Source of the DNA: Entomortierella parvispora E1425
Taxonomy: Eukaryota; Fungi; Mortierellomycota
Direction of reading: 5' to 3'
DNA: 64,000 nt
NCBI GenBank assembly: GCA_020891255.1
Contig: BQFW01000012.1
Coordinates: forward strand, 1,240,001 to 1,304,000
Each line of letters opens with the position of its first letter. Position 1 is the stretch's first letter. Shown here in pieces: positions 1 through 14,557 of this stretch. A model generated the notes under the pieces. The model saw only the letters and a program-made list of their open reading frames with translations, was not told the DNA's origin and ran no database searches. Made by a program: the position numbers and the translations under genes.

Positions 1-26
1 TGAAAAGAAATTGTGTTTTTTCACAG

Positions 27-473
27 TTTTTCTGAAAGAGTACCTTCGAGGGAGGGACATGGTTAGCACTATCCCAAGGGCTACATGGGATTGTAAGCCT
101 GATTGGTCAAAGATTGCATATCTCATGTCGTGCTGGTGCAACCATGGTAAGCTTTTTCATACACTGGACCTGCTTTTTATTATTTTTTGCGACTGGGTCC
201 AATGGTTTTTTGTTGTTTTTTTGCCACAATCAAAGAGATCCTAAGAATCTATGTGAGACCATGACAACAAGACAACAACAAACAACCAAGAAACAAAAAT
301 CTCGAACTGTCGGTCCTGATTTGTCGAGAGAGACACAGAAGGAGAATATGAGAGTGAACATTGAAGTTCAGACACAGGCCCTCATCTATGGAGAGGCCCC
401 AGCCCCAGCTTTGGGCAGTGATCTATTTGGGGGACTCGACATCCCTTGCGTAAGGAATGCCTCCAAAGACTAA
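27..473 (+). CDS. possible 3' exons of an unknown gene starting upstream of the window
   Basis: Acceptor-like TTTTCACAG ending at 26, open exon to a GTAAGC donor near 146, then an open frame ending at TAA 473. No recognisable domain. Confidence 0.25.
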
Positions 474-3400
474 TTCTTGGAAGTTGGGCGCTTTGGACAG
501 AAAGGCGAAGATACCACATATGAGACAGTTTGTGACGCGAAAAAAGCAGGGGGAAGGCGCCGATTCCCGTACTGTATTGAGGATCTGCAAAAATGTAACG
601 AAAAGGGGGGGCCTGGATCCCTTGCATGAAGAACTCCGCTGGTGCCTTGCAGTTGCAATACATAGCGACAATGCGAAAGGGCTTCAGGCCATCGTGCGCA
701 TTTATCAACGGAAAATCACTTTCTCATGAATTCTGGTCTCAGTGAGAGCTGGCCTATGAGAACACACCCGACCTCAATTCGCCGAGGAACATGAGAAGGA
801 CAATACTGTAACTCTTTCCTGGTTGAGCGGAGTTCTTGAATTCAGGAACAGACGCAGGTGCGGGTGCAAGCCTGGCACGGTTGTTGGCTCACCCGCCAGC
901 GGTCGAGCACTCTAGACCCCCCGGCGCTCTTCCTCATTGAGGACAAAAGAGGCAAGGAAAACGGCGTGGAAAAGAAGGAAAGTCAAAACAAGAGGAAAAG
1001 CGTTGACACACACGCTCAGAGAAGGTGGGGTAGCGGCGGACGCGGTGGGGAATGAAAGTAGGTTTTTTTCCGTGTGAAAGAAACAAAATGAGGAACAACT
1101 CCTGTCGAGTCGATGGTCGATGGCGCCATATCTCATTTCCCATCTTTCGCTCTCGGGAGCTGACATCCCAAATGTCTTATTCCAGTCTTGGTCAGTCAGG
1201 CGTTGCTCTACTCTGTTTATTGTCTTTTTGCAGTTGGTGCTACTAGACTACTGTTGCTGCTGTTGTGTACCACCCCTTGCTGCTCCCAACACTCGAGCCC
1301 CTCGCCCCGCGTCTGCACCAGTGCCGCTGCCGCAACCCTGATTCACCGCTATGACTTCTCCCCAAGAATGGTATCCTTTTTGGCCCTTTGACTTTTTTTT
1401 TGTTGGTGTTTTGTTTGTTTGCTCGCACCCAAGCCCATTGCTCCACGTTCTGGTTATTGCTCAATTGGACTGTCCGGAAGAGAAAAGGTTAGAAGGTCCC
1501 TCTTTTTCGACTATGCCCTCGCCTGTTTGTCGCTGACCCGAAAGTTGGGGAACAGGGCGAACGATTCGGCGCAGCGCAATGATCTGCAATGAAGTAAGCT
1601 AGACTAGCAGAATCTGCAGTTCAATCCGCGATGCACTCTCTCTGCTGCTCTTCGCCCTGGCACCAGAACACCTCAGCTCCATGGAATCGAACGAATAGGA
1701 CCCTGACAAATATCTTTGGACCAAACGTGGGGGGCCGGTACCTGCTTCTGTATGCAGGTGGTGATCAGAGCTTTCATTTGAGATATCATTTACCGAAAAT
1801 TATTGCAAAGAATCGTTCTGTTGGGGAGAGGAGCCACAAGATTTAGGAGCAGCCGTGGACGCCCCAAGCGTTGCAAAGACAAGTTGACTCACTGCGCGGG
1901 TCATCGATTGTCAACAGCCGCTTGGCCCTGCAAGGGGCGAAGACGATGATGGGCCTGGTCACACCGTCGAGATAATTGGGTCATTGACACAAAATTGCAC
2001 TGTTTTTTTTTTTGAAGCTTCGGTTCGACAAGCTCGACGTGTGCATTGCAGGAGACCTGGTTGGAAGAAGGTTCCCATGAATGCTCTCAAGAACACCTTT
2101 GTTTTCTTCTCATTTAAAGCAAAACGAGCAGACAATTCGCCAAGGTAAAGATGATGGAAGAAGTACAGGGGGTTTTAATTAAATGAAAGGAAACACGATC
2201 AGATCTTCAATGAGCGATTGAGGCAAAGCCATCTTGCTCTTGGATCAAAGTCCTTTTTTTTTGTTTGGTATGCAAGAAAAATATCTGGGGTTGAAGGGAG
2301 CAACGCGAATGTTTAATTGCTCAGGCACAGACAGGTAAACCTGAACGCAATCCAAGCCCTGGCAATTGAGAATGAACCCATAGTGATGCATGGACCCCAG
2401 CAACAGAAAGGCCAATTTTAAGGAGCAATTGGCTCTCGCCAAATATGTACAAGCACTCCATGTGTTTAGAAAAGAAACATAATGGTATCTTTTCTTCATG
2501 TTTCGGCGCCTCCTGAATGCGCCGCCGGAAATGGAGGGGAGGAAGGGAAAGGGACCCTTCTCTAAGGACCCTGGAGCTAAATTGAGTACACGCGAGCGCG
2601 CTCGCGATTCATTTCAGGGATTCAGGTCCCAAATGAAAGCGTGTAAGAGATAAAGGACAACGTCAACGGTTTCGCTTTGAAGCATGAGGAACGTTTTTCC
2701 GTCGCATCCTGTCCAAATGTGTCGATGAACTTTGCCCAATACTAACCAGGCAAGACTCGTCAGAATTCCTGGGAAACAACCAGAAACAGACTAGCAGTAC
2801 GCGTGTTTGCTCCAGGGAGGCATGCTATCTCTTGGTCACGCCTTCCCCTTCATTGCTTTGAGCAACACCAGCTATGGGTGAGTTGAATGAGTTATAAGAA
2901 TATTTTTTTTATATTCTATTCCAAAGGAAAAACACGGAAGAGCAAGGCAAAAGCCAGAAAGGCGCTTGACAGTCCCAGCCAGTCCCAGCTAGCATAGAGA
3001 GCAACGAGCACAAAGTCAACAGAGATGGTTATCACTTCTGATCATCAGTATTCAAAGGCAGGCGGATTCAATTGCCAAGGACCTCTGAACGTGCTCTCTG
3101 TGCCCAGAGCACGTAGACTGGTGATTGCCATAAACGGAACGCGACACTTAAGGTGTTGCGTCGACGTGTCGAAGGTCGCACAGTGAGAACCTTGAATCGA
3201 AAGTCAGTCAATCTCAGCACAAGGGAATTGAATCGACAGAGGCCGGGAGTGAATAGAGTTTTGCGCCTCTTGCCATGGTCTTTTTTTGTGTGCACCACCC
3301 CTGCCCTGTGGCCAGGGTCTTTACTTTGAGACGCGACTTGACCTCTTTTTGACTTGTTAAGGATTTTGGGCACGACAGCAAGAATAAGGCTCTATTCATT

Positions 3401-4117
3401 CATTCCACAGAACAACAGTTGAAAAAAATAGACCAAAGAACTTACACAACTCAATGAATGTCTCTTTATCCTTCTCTCTTTCTTTGCACACGGAGCAGGT
3501 GCACGCTCACTCCCACCTGGGTGTGTATGTGTTTTTGCTCCACAACAACGCACACACAAAAATGACAGGCACAAAGGCACTTCGCTCACCACTGTGCAAC
3601 AAAAGTCAGTTTGCCCAGTTGGAGCAAGACCAAAAAGAAGTGAGAAAAGGCAACGGCGACTTATAGAGGGCAGACAGGTGGCCATGGTTTGAATGAATCA
3701 ACAGCAAGGCACGACAGGGAGCAGTTGCTCATGGGAATATGCGAAATAAGCGAATAAGCGGCTGCCCATCCCACTGTGGAACAGGTGTCTGAATGAATCA
3801 ATTGAGACTGAGTACCCTCGGCCTGCTCTTTGCTCTGGGCCTGGGGCAAGGCTGGGCCGCGCTTTTTTTTTTTTTTTTTTTTGTTCTTCATCCGCCTTCG
3901 CACTCTTCTTTTCTTCTTCACCTTCCGTCCTTCTTGTTGTTGTTGCCTTTTCCTTCTCTCGTCTCTAGCTCCTTCGTAAATTCTCTCCACTCCTCTCCTC
4001 TGCCCTCAGCCTTCACGCTTCACCCCTGCATCCTTCTCCACACCCCTTTTGTTTTTGGACCCAGTTCCGGCAACGGTGGCAATATCGACACAGAACAACT
4101 TGAAGCCTCTACTCAAT

Positions 4118-5029
4118 ATGACAAGCTTTTCTCCCATCGTCTCATCAGCCCTCTCCACAGCGGCCCATCCTTCCTCCTCTGGCCCCTCTACAACCTCGAT
4201 ACAATCAAGAACCATCCTGGAGATGCCGTTCTTGTCCGAGGATTTCTGCTTCCCGTTTGACACATCCTTTACCGGATCGAATCTTCATCATTCTACAACG
4301 ACACAATTATCCACACCTGCAACGTCCGTATCATATACCTCTGAAGCAGAACTCTCGTCATCATCATACTCCCTCTTCAGCACCTCACCTCAAGAGGTCT
4401 TGCTGTCGATCCCAAGCATGTCGACTGCTTGCCCTTATTCCTCAGTTTCGACAACATCGACCTACATCGGAGCGTCTTCATCTTCCCCAAATTCGACAAC
4501 ATCAACACCGTTTGGCTCTCTTGACCTGACCACGTCCTGTGCTCCCAATGCAATGCGTTCGTGTCACTCTCCATCGTCAGCCGGTGCGCTGTTCCTGGAC
4601 GACCAAAGGAACAACTTTGGGATCAATGCACTCTCGAATAACAACAACATCAACAGTAACAACTCTAACGACTGGTCCCTGATGTCCACAACACTGAATA
4701 CCAGCAGCGCTTCTGGCCCACAGCGTGCTGCACCACTTTCTCAACTTGAACTTACTCACTCTCAGGAATACCAATTTGAGCAGGATCCAGACATCTTCTC
4801 TGCCTGGTCCTCACACCCCACGTCTTACCTCACAGCGGCCACACAAGCCCTGACTGGCAATCCTCAGTCCATTCAAACAATCTTGCCCTCCCATGTTGGA
4901 CAACAGCCCCAAGCTCAACAACAGCCTCAGCAGCAATCCCAACAGCAGCAATCCCAACAACAGCAACAGCAGCAATCCCAACAACAGCAACAGCAGCAAT
5001 CCCAACAACAGCAACAGCAGCAATCCCAA

Positions 5030-5065
<36 letters not shown>

Positions 5066-6532
5066 TCCCGACAGCAGCAACAGCAACAGCAACAGCAGCG
5101 CCTCCAGACTCAGACAAAGGCCTTACTGCCTCTTTCTCATTTGCAGCCTCTGTCAAGTCGATCCCAAGGCGAAATCTCCCCCCCAGAGAGTCCGACTTCG
5201 ACTGCCTCTCCGCTCAGCCTTAAACGGGAATCATCTGTGCCGAGGCCCTCGTCTTCGCTCTCGTCTTCTGCAGGAAATGCCCTGCCGTCGATCCCAGCTT
5301 TGCCAGCCACACCTACATCCCCCCTGTGTGACACTCAGAGATCCAAGATCATGCCCACTGTTGACTCGACAAAGACTAGGGCCTCTTCCCCAAAGGCGAT
5401 CCGACGAGCAAGTGAGATGTCAACTACCTTGCTCGTGAAGGCCTCATCCATTCATGGTAGCAACACATCTGCAGCCAAGGTAACCAAGGTGCGCAAGCCC
5501 TCCAAGGCGGCGATCAAGGCGGCGGCCGGGATGGGCATCCGTTGTATGAATTGTGGGGTGACAGTGACACCACTGTGGCGCCGGTCCGCCGACAATGAGC
5601 CCCTGTGCAATGCATGTGGGTTGTATCACAAGTTGCATGCGATGCATCGGCCCAAGCATCTTCAGCAAACGGGGGCCGTGCACTTTTCCGGTGCCACTCA
5701 GCCCATGTCGGCAACATCAATGAATGGTGCCCCTGCCTCCCTGATGCTCAATAGCCCTCAACATCAGCTATCATCGAACATGGACAAGATGGAAGGAGAC
5801 TCGACAAGGACGATGCAGCCACTGATGTTGCACCACCCCTCTGCCACTGGAAGCACCGCCCTTTCACCTGCCTCGTCCCTGACTTCAACCTCTATGTCCT
5901 CGACACCGACGCCAGCAGCAATCTCTACATCGAACTCGTCGACTTCATCGGGGGGATTGCAGCCCACATGCACCAACTGCCGGACAACTTTGACTCCTCT
6001 TTGGCGCAAGGACGATGCTGGAGAAATCCTGTGCAATGCCTGTGGACTGTACTACAAACTGCATCATGTCCACCGACCCATCTCTTTGAAGAGAAACGTG
6101 ATTAGACGTCGTTCGCGGTACGAGAGTGGCAAGGGACCCATCCCAGTGGCCTCAAATGTTGTCTCGTCGGCTATGCTGGCCCAAGCTCAGGCACAGACAT
6201 TTTCCCAAGTCCTGCAAGCTCATAGTCATCAACAACAGCAACAGCAGCAGCACCGTCAACAGCAGCAACAACAATTGCAAATGCAGCAGCACGCTCAGAC
6301 CCAGGCCCATGCTCAAGTTCATGCTCAAGCTTTGGCTTACCAGCGCCAATTGCAACAGCAGCAGCATCATCACCTCCACCAACAGCAACAGCAGCGGCGC
6401 ATTCACAGTCAGACCCAGTCCTTTGGACACCAAAATCAGACGCCCATGGCCCTGTCGAACCCTATGCTTAAGCCTATACTAGATTCACAGCGTGGCGGTC
6501 TCCCCTTTTCACCCATTGGATATATGAGCTGA
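4118..6532 (+). CDS. GATA transcription factor with two C-x2-C-x17-C-x2-C zinc fingers and polyQ tracts
   Basis: Intronless ORF; first in-frame ATG at 4118. Fingers [32 protein letters not shown] and [33 protein letters not shown]. Confidence 0.95.
4900..5098 (+). repeat. CAG/CAA polyQ tract with interspersed TCC (QQQQQQS units) in the GATA factor
   Basis: Repeated CAGCAGCAATCCCAACAACAGCAA units seen directly. Confidence 0.9.
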
Positions 6533-6753
6533 AGCCAAGTATCTCTGACAAGTAAAATAAAATAAAAACATAAAATAAAAAAAACGTGGACGTGCTGAAG
6601 GAAACTTTCACTTCGAGTCTCAAACTTGAAAAAGTGCGGCCCTCAAGTCAAGAGAGCAGTCACAAAACATCGACGCCACTCCCCTCATGTTCACCTCTTC
6701 ACCATCTTCCCACACTCATTTCACCTCTTGCTGATTCTACGTGAATCGTCGAC

Positions 6754-6981
6754 ATGAACCGAGGCTCAAACAACGCTCACTCGTACGGAAACAACAGCCA
6801 GGGCAACCACTGGTGCACTCGTGGATCTTCCACTGCACCTGGAGGAGCCTATCACTACTCGAACTCTGACGGCTCTTACTACTATCAAAACTCGAACGGG
6901 TCGACCTATTACAATTCGGGCAACGGCTACTCGAGATACACTCCTCCTGCTGGCAACGGTGGCGGGAAATCCTCTCGCTAA
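6754..6981 (+). CDS. small Tyr/Ser/Asn/Gly-rich protein (75 aa) resembling a fungal family of unknown function
   Basis: Motifs NSQGNHWCTR and YHYSNSDGSYYYQNSNGSTYYN match my recollection of a widespread fungal hypothetical small-protein family. Clean ATG to TAA ORF. Confidence 0.7.
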   Translation: MNRGSNNAHSYGNNSQGNHWCTRGSSTAPGGAYHYSNSDGSYYYQNSNGSTYYNSGNGYSRYTPPAGNGGGKSSR

Positions 6982-7536
6982 ACAGAAGCTACCCTATTCA
7001 GGGTACTCTGCTCCAATTCTTTGAAGTCCTGGGGAAAGAAAACCAAAAAACCATACGAAAAAAGAAAAAAACCTGAAAAATGAAAAATGAAAAAGGGACC
7101 TCTTGTTCCCACACTTCCCCATTTTACCTGCATCCCGTAGCAGCCGATGCTCCTTGCCACTCCATTGTTCAGTTGATCAAATCAGAACTGAGCAGTCTGC
7201 ATGGCTACTCTCATTTCTCCTGCTGCTCTACGCTAACCACTTCTACCCGTGAAACCCGCCTGGTGTTTGACGGCCAAATGCTGCCGCCGTGTGAATTTTT
7301 GAGTAGAAGAACGAACCTGCTTCTGTGAAGTATGATAACGCTTTTCCTGGAAAGCGCAAAAAAAAGGGGGGGGGGGAGGGGTCTCACGTTTTTTGTTAGA
7401 AGATTTCTCAGTTACAGACATGGTCACCAACGCCATATCTCTTTAATGTGCCAGTCTAGCGTCAATTGGACTCCCCCTTTCAGCATTTGTCGCGCAATTG
7501 ATACGAAATCCAATTGACGCGTGGGTACGCTTCCGT

Positions 7537-8364
7537 TTAGGGAGTATAGCTCATGTTCCGGAAGTGGCTAACCACTTCTCTTCCATCAGTTGGCATCTCA
7601 AACTTCCCGGCCCACTGGTCCTCTTGATCATGGGTCCACGAATTCATTGCCAACTTGAACTCTGTTGTCTTTGGGTCCGCAACTTCTACATCCGACTGCT
7701 GGTGCACTTTTCGTCCATCCACATACCAAGCAATAAAATCCTTTCTCCATTCGATCGCGTAGGTGTGCCATCCAGCAGCTGCATCAAATCCTAGGTCAAT
7801 CTTGACAGGATGCTGCGTCTTGCCCTTCCAAACGTTCAGCCAACAAACGGTGGAGACCCTGCCTGTGAGCTCAATGTCAATCTCGTTGATCCCATTGGCA
7901 ATGAGGAAGAACGCTGTGACATGTCCTTTGATATTGGTAGAGATCATGTCACAAGAGTAGATTCCATAATCCAACCCCGTTTCTCTAGAGATGAGCTCTC
8001 CACCTGAGTAGGGCTTCACTGTGGATTTGGTGCCGATGGAGATTGTGGCGCCTGAGGGGGTGAATTGGACTTCATCACGAATGTAATTGCTGCTCCAACG
8101 TTCGGGTCCAGACTCGTTGGGGATGATAAATTTGGAGGCTAGATTAGCACTTGTGCTGATGCCGCCATCCTCAGCGGTCGCCAAAGTTTCGTGGAATGGC
8201 TGCCTAGTACTTTTGGGTTGTTGAACTTGATCTCCATTGAAGACCTGTTGCTCTTGCTGCTGTTGAGCAAAGGGATCCAAATTTCCAGAATTCAAAGCTT
8301 GACCACTGTTGTTGTTGTTGTTGCCACTGTTTTGTTGGCGCTGTTTACTATTCTTGTTTCCCAT
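7537..8364 (-). CDS. glycoside hydrolase family 16, lichenase-like beta-glucanase
   Basis: Catalytic EIDIE in GHVTAFFLIANGINEIDIELTG, plus LGFDAAAGWHTYAIEW..WYVDG and KLAMNSW..DQWAG, as in beta-1,3-1,4-glucanases. Intronless. Confidence 0.9.
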   Translation of the reverse strand: MGNKNSKQRQQNSGNNNNNSGQALNSGNLDPFAQQQQEQQVFNGDQVQQPKSTRQPFHETLATAEDGGISTSANLASKFIIPNESGPERWSSNYIRDEVQFTPSGATISIGTKSTVKPYSGGELISRETGLDYGIYSCDMISTNIKGHVTAFFLIANGINEIDIELTGRVSTVCWLNVWKGKTQHPVKIDLGFDAAAGWHTYAIEWRKDFIAWYVDGRKVHQQSDVEVADPKTTEFKLAMNSWTHDQEDQWAGKFEMPTDGREVVSHFRNMSYTP

Positions 8365-8762
8365 GGTGCGTAATACGTTTCCCTTGGCGAAGTTTTGTGT
8401 AAATGAATGAATAAAGTGGCAGAAAAGTTAAACGGCAGGAGAGAAAAGAAAAAACGAGACCTTGGAAATCAAGAAACAATGACAGAATAAGGATCCACCC
8501 AAGAAGTGCGCAGATGTTCCTGTCTCTACCTCTTGATGTGCGGTATCAAAGACGATGCATCAACGCGGGCGAAGGAACTAGAACTGTTAAGGACAACACC
8601 AAGAAATATCCAAATGTGGAATGTGAGTGCAGATCAGGTGACTGAAATGTGGCTGAGCTCTCTCTCTCGGAGCTGAGGATCAGGGGCGATCAGGGGAAAG
8701 CGCATGGTTGATCACATTCATAGCATTCACTGTCCTCCACCACACTCCACTTCAAAATCATC

Positions 8763-9154
8763 ATGTCGGCAGCAAACATGACAAGGTTTTTGACCCAGGT
8801 CAAGGTCACTTTGGCCCCTTTCGCTCCCGCCTCAAAGACCTCGAAGTAACGGATATAGTCGTACTCTCCTTTCCATGTCGTGATCATTCAGATGCCAGTC
8901 AATTGACAAGTCTTCATTCCATTAGGATCTTCCTCTCACGGATCATCACCAGCGATGCCCTCGCTGCTAACCCAACTCTCAAGATTGTCACAGACTCGCA
9001 CGCAGACATCTCAAAACCTCCCACCATCTCTGTCACCTACAAGGACGGAAAGACACTCGATATCAACGCTGGAGATATGAAAGTGAACGATGTTCTGCGC
9101 CAGGTCGGAAAGCATGCCAGGAAGCTTCAGGAGAAGGAGGAGGCCAACGCATAG
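8763..9154 (+). CDS. MRPL44: mitochondrial large subunit ribosomal protein mL53 (yeast MRPL44-like)
   Basis: Exons 8763-8845 and 8926-9154 give MSAANMTRFLTQVKVTLAPFAPASKTSKIFLSRI...ISVTYKDGKTLDINAGDMKVNDVLRQVGKHARKLQEKEE, which fits the mL53 pattern. Confidence 0.8.
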
Positions 9155-9610
9155 AGGCTGTCCGCCATTAATTCGACAGAAAACAGCATTATCATTTTTA
9201 CTTTTACATTCAACCAATATACACACTATCCAACAAGCGTGTCCAAAATGCAAATCGAAGCGCCTGTTGTTGTCGCTGGGTGGCAGAGGACAGCCATGAC
9301 GAATATGTCCATGAAAGGCAAGCAATGCCGAGGACGAGTGCCAGGGGAGAGATAGACAGACCATGTGGCAAAGGAGTGAAGGCAAGAGTGGGCACAAACA
9401 GACAGCAAGGCTGATCAGTCACACACCATCGCTGGTCACTTGTGTACTTTGCCCCTATTTGTGGCCTGCTGCCAGTGTTTGTTCTGTCAGCATGTCATCG
9501 TTAAAAGCCGCCTTTGTCGACCCATCCTCTTCTTCTCCTCATACCATCCCACTCACTTTCTTCTCACCACTTTGAATCCATACCCCCACATCATTAATCA
9601 CGCATCACCC

Positions 9611-12600
9611 ATGAACGGCTCTGCTCCTGCGATCCCAAAGATCCATCCTGTCTTTGCCACGCAGCCTCTGAAAACTCTCGGTTCTGTTTCGGATGAAGGG
9701 GAGCTCGAGGTTGAATACAAGGATGGGGCCTTTTCCATAGATGCCGCTCTGCCTCAGAAGCAGCCAGAATCTGGCCAGAGTGGCACGGATCAGCAGTCTC
9801 CTACTCCATCGGGAGGAAACACTCCACAGCAGCAACCTCCCCCGCATGGCTGGACTGTGAGAGCTTTATACGATTTTGAGGGTCAGCCAGAGTTCTCTGA
9901 GTTGTCGTTCAGTGCAGGCGATGTCCTGACGGTTGTCAAAGTCGGGTTGGCAGAGGGTTGGTCCCTCGCAGAGAAGGATGGGGTCAAGGGCCTGGTACCA
10001 GAAGCTTACATCACTGTACGGCCAAGATCTCGAGTAGATTCTCTCTCTTCTCAAAGTCTTATTACGGTGGCAACATGTGCTTTTATTGAACCGTTTGATT
10101 CTGACAGTGGCAAAACTTTTCTTCTTTCTCTAGTATATTCATGACTTCTCGGCTTCTCCTCCTGGCGTGGATCAAGCCAGCGGAAATCACGCTCAAGAAG
10201 CATCAACAACCTCTGCATATTCGAGCTATTCGACTGCAACGGCCATCGGAGGAGGCACCAATCCTCGGAACTCTGTGTTTGGAAAACGTCAACTAAACAG
10301 GTTTTCTTGGTTTGTAACAACTGGCGTCGAGGAGTTTATCCTCACTGGGGGTGCAACCGCTACCAACAACGCGTCGACAAAAAATGCGAAGCCAGGAAGC
10401 GCCGATGGCTACTCTAGCTCTACCTTGGATGCAGGGCTATCCCGTCGCACAAGTGCTGTTGTTGTACCAGATATTTATGACCGGTCGCCACCGACTTCTG
10501 TGGGAGGATCGGTCCGACAGCCCTATGGGCCTGGCGGTAGCCTGAGAAGCAACAGTGGTGGCTCAGGAGGCGGTGTGGATAGTAAGTTAACCGATGACTC
10601 GGAAGAGGAGGAGGAAGTGACAGAGTCGGACAAACACTATGTTCAGTCGGGTCCGAGTTGGCAAGAGAAGGCACCTCTCTTCAAGGTGAGAGTGCATGAC
10701 CCCGAAACTCGACGAAAGATGGTTGGTATGCAGGAGTATACTCTCTTTCAAGTCACCTCGACTGTAAGTCTACCTAGGAGCGTGTTCTTGGGGTGCTCCT
10801 TGCCTCACCGGCTGATAGCTAATGACGATTCAACCGTTCTTTAGTTTACACAAGGGGTATCGGTTACCGTGGAGCGAAGATATAGCCAATTTGAGTGGCT
10901 CTATGAGCGATTGATCCGCAAGTTTGGAGCACTTGTGTTTCCTCCTCTGCCAGAAAAGCAGTATACAGGTAAGCATGTTCGCGCGTGTTGCATTTTCTTT
11001 AACCTCATTGTTAAATGACATTAACCTGAGTGTCGTTTACTTTATAAGGTCGCTTCTCGGACGAGTTTATCGAGCGCAGAAGACGCGCTCTTGAACGGTT
11101 TCTAAACAGACTGGTCCGTCATCCAGTGTTGCGATATTCGGATCTTGTGACCCACTTTTTAAGCTGCAGTGACGATGGAGACTGGAAGAGAGCGGAGCGC
11201 AAGTTCGAGAATGACAAGATTACTGGCACCGGATTTTTTAAGCATGTGTACCATCCGGAGTTCAACGTGAATGAAGACGGGTAAGAACTCATTTGTCATT
11301 GCTCACCATGTTACATGGAACGTACAGCCGTTCGGTTAACATCAGTGGACACGTTTTTGAATAGGGATATTGACCTTGTTGAGCGATTCAATGCTCATTG
11401 CAAGGGTTCAGAGAGGTTGATGCCGTTCTTGACCGATGCGACGTTGGCGTACAAGGAAGGTGTCAGTGGTAAGTTTAAGTATCAAGTCGGTATGGTATCG
11501 CCAGCCCTGGCTTTTTATTAACTGTGATGCTACCTTTATCTAGATTCTCAGTTCCGCTATAAACGGTTCGGTCTGGCGCTCCTGAACCTCATTTCAACTA
11601 CAAAGGATGGACTTGAGAACCAGACTCTCAATGACGATCTCGCTTGGTGTTGGCGTGAGAACTGCAATGGTATACCACTTTTTTTTTTTTTTTTTTTTTA
11701 AAATTTTATTCACTTTTACTCTTTCAGCCTCAAGAAAGCGTACCTAATCCTTTTTTTTTTTTTATTCTCTCATAACAATAGAGTGTCTCCGGTTAACAAA
11801 GGCATTGCAAACAACTGCGGAGACCATGCAACTGATGGCTGACGTTCACCAATCGCACATCACTGAAGGATGCACGCTTTGGCAAGATACCATCAAAGAG
11901 CATGCCACTCCCTCCACTACCTTTGCACCTCTAGTGGACATGCACACTGGAACGCACAAAAAACTGGTTGAAATATTTGAAAAAGAGCAGACCATGGAGG
12001 TAAAGATTTCTTAGTTTAACGTCAGGTTCGATTGGGGCTTTTGTTTTTTTCTTGTTTGGAGCTAACGCAATACTCCTCCCAAAAAAATCATTTGCTATCT
12101 ATCTACGCACAGGAACTCGACTCGGAGACTGTCAAGTCTCGGTGCGATACAGTCTTCAACATCACTTTGGCAGAGATGGATCGCGTTCACGATGAGCGAG
12201 TCGAGGACTTCCAAAATGGCACTAAGGAATTCTTGGACTCTCAAATCGCGTACCACGAAAAGGTAAAACACAACGTTTAGGACTGCAGCCTCTTGACGAG
12301 ATATGTAGTGTGCACTGGGCTGACAATTATCTGCAACTTGTGTTTTTAGATGCTAGCCCATTTGAAGCAAGCTAGGGCTGCGTTTGACACGCCCTACTAT
12401 GACAATCTGTCCAACTCGCCTCGATTCCGCTCCCGGTACGAAAAGGATTTAGACGACCAGCGATACCAGTCTCAGAAGCCATCACGCCCTGTCTCTGCGG
12501 CGTCTGTTGCGTCTGTGTCCAACATGGTTGGAGGAGTTGTGGATGGAGTAGGATTCATGAATGGCCTTCTCAAAAACAAGACGCGAACATCGTCAGGGCG

Positions 12601-12625
12601 TAGTATCATGGGCTTTTGGTCCTGA
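9611..12625 (+). CDS. SH3-PX-BAR sorting nexin (SNX9/18/33-like), multi-exon
   Basis: SH3: VRALYDFEGQPEFSELSF..GWSLAEKDGVKGLVPEAY. PX: VRVHDPE..VERRYSQFEWLYERL..PPLPEKQ..RFSDEFIERRRRALERFL. C-terminal BAR helices: LAEMDRVHDERVEDFQNGTKEFLDSQIAYHEK. Several GT-AG introns. Confidence 0.88.
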
Positions 12626-12891
12626 GAGATCTTCAGGGCCCCAATTGACGGGGGGCACTGGATAGGAGAGGGGGGCAAGTGGAGAGAAAGAAGAGCCAAG
12701 TCGTACGCAATCAGGCAACATCGCCCATGCGCGAAAAAAGGAAATAAAATATTCTGCCCAAAGCCACAACGGCGAATCACCGGCGGAATCGAATCTCCGA
12801 GATAGGACGGGGCGCGTGTGATTTTTCGCTCCTTTTGCTCCTTTCTTTGTTCACCATCCTCCCATCCCTCTCCGAGGCTGACTCTTTGACC

Positions 12892-14557
<1,666 letters not shown>

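Noticed and set aside
1371-1379. GTATCCTTT, a U12-type 5' splice consensus
   Set aside because: No convincing U12 branch site or host gene; a single 9-mer is compatible with chance.
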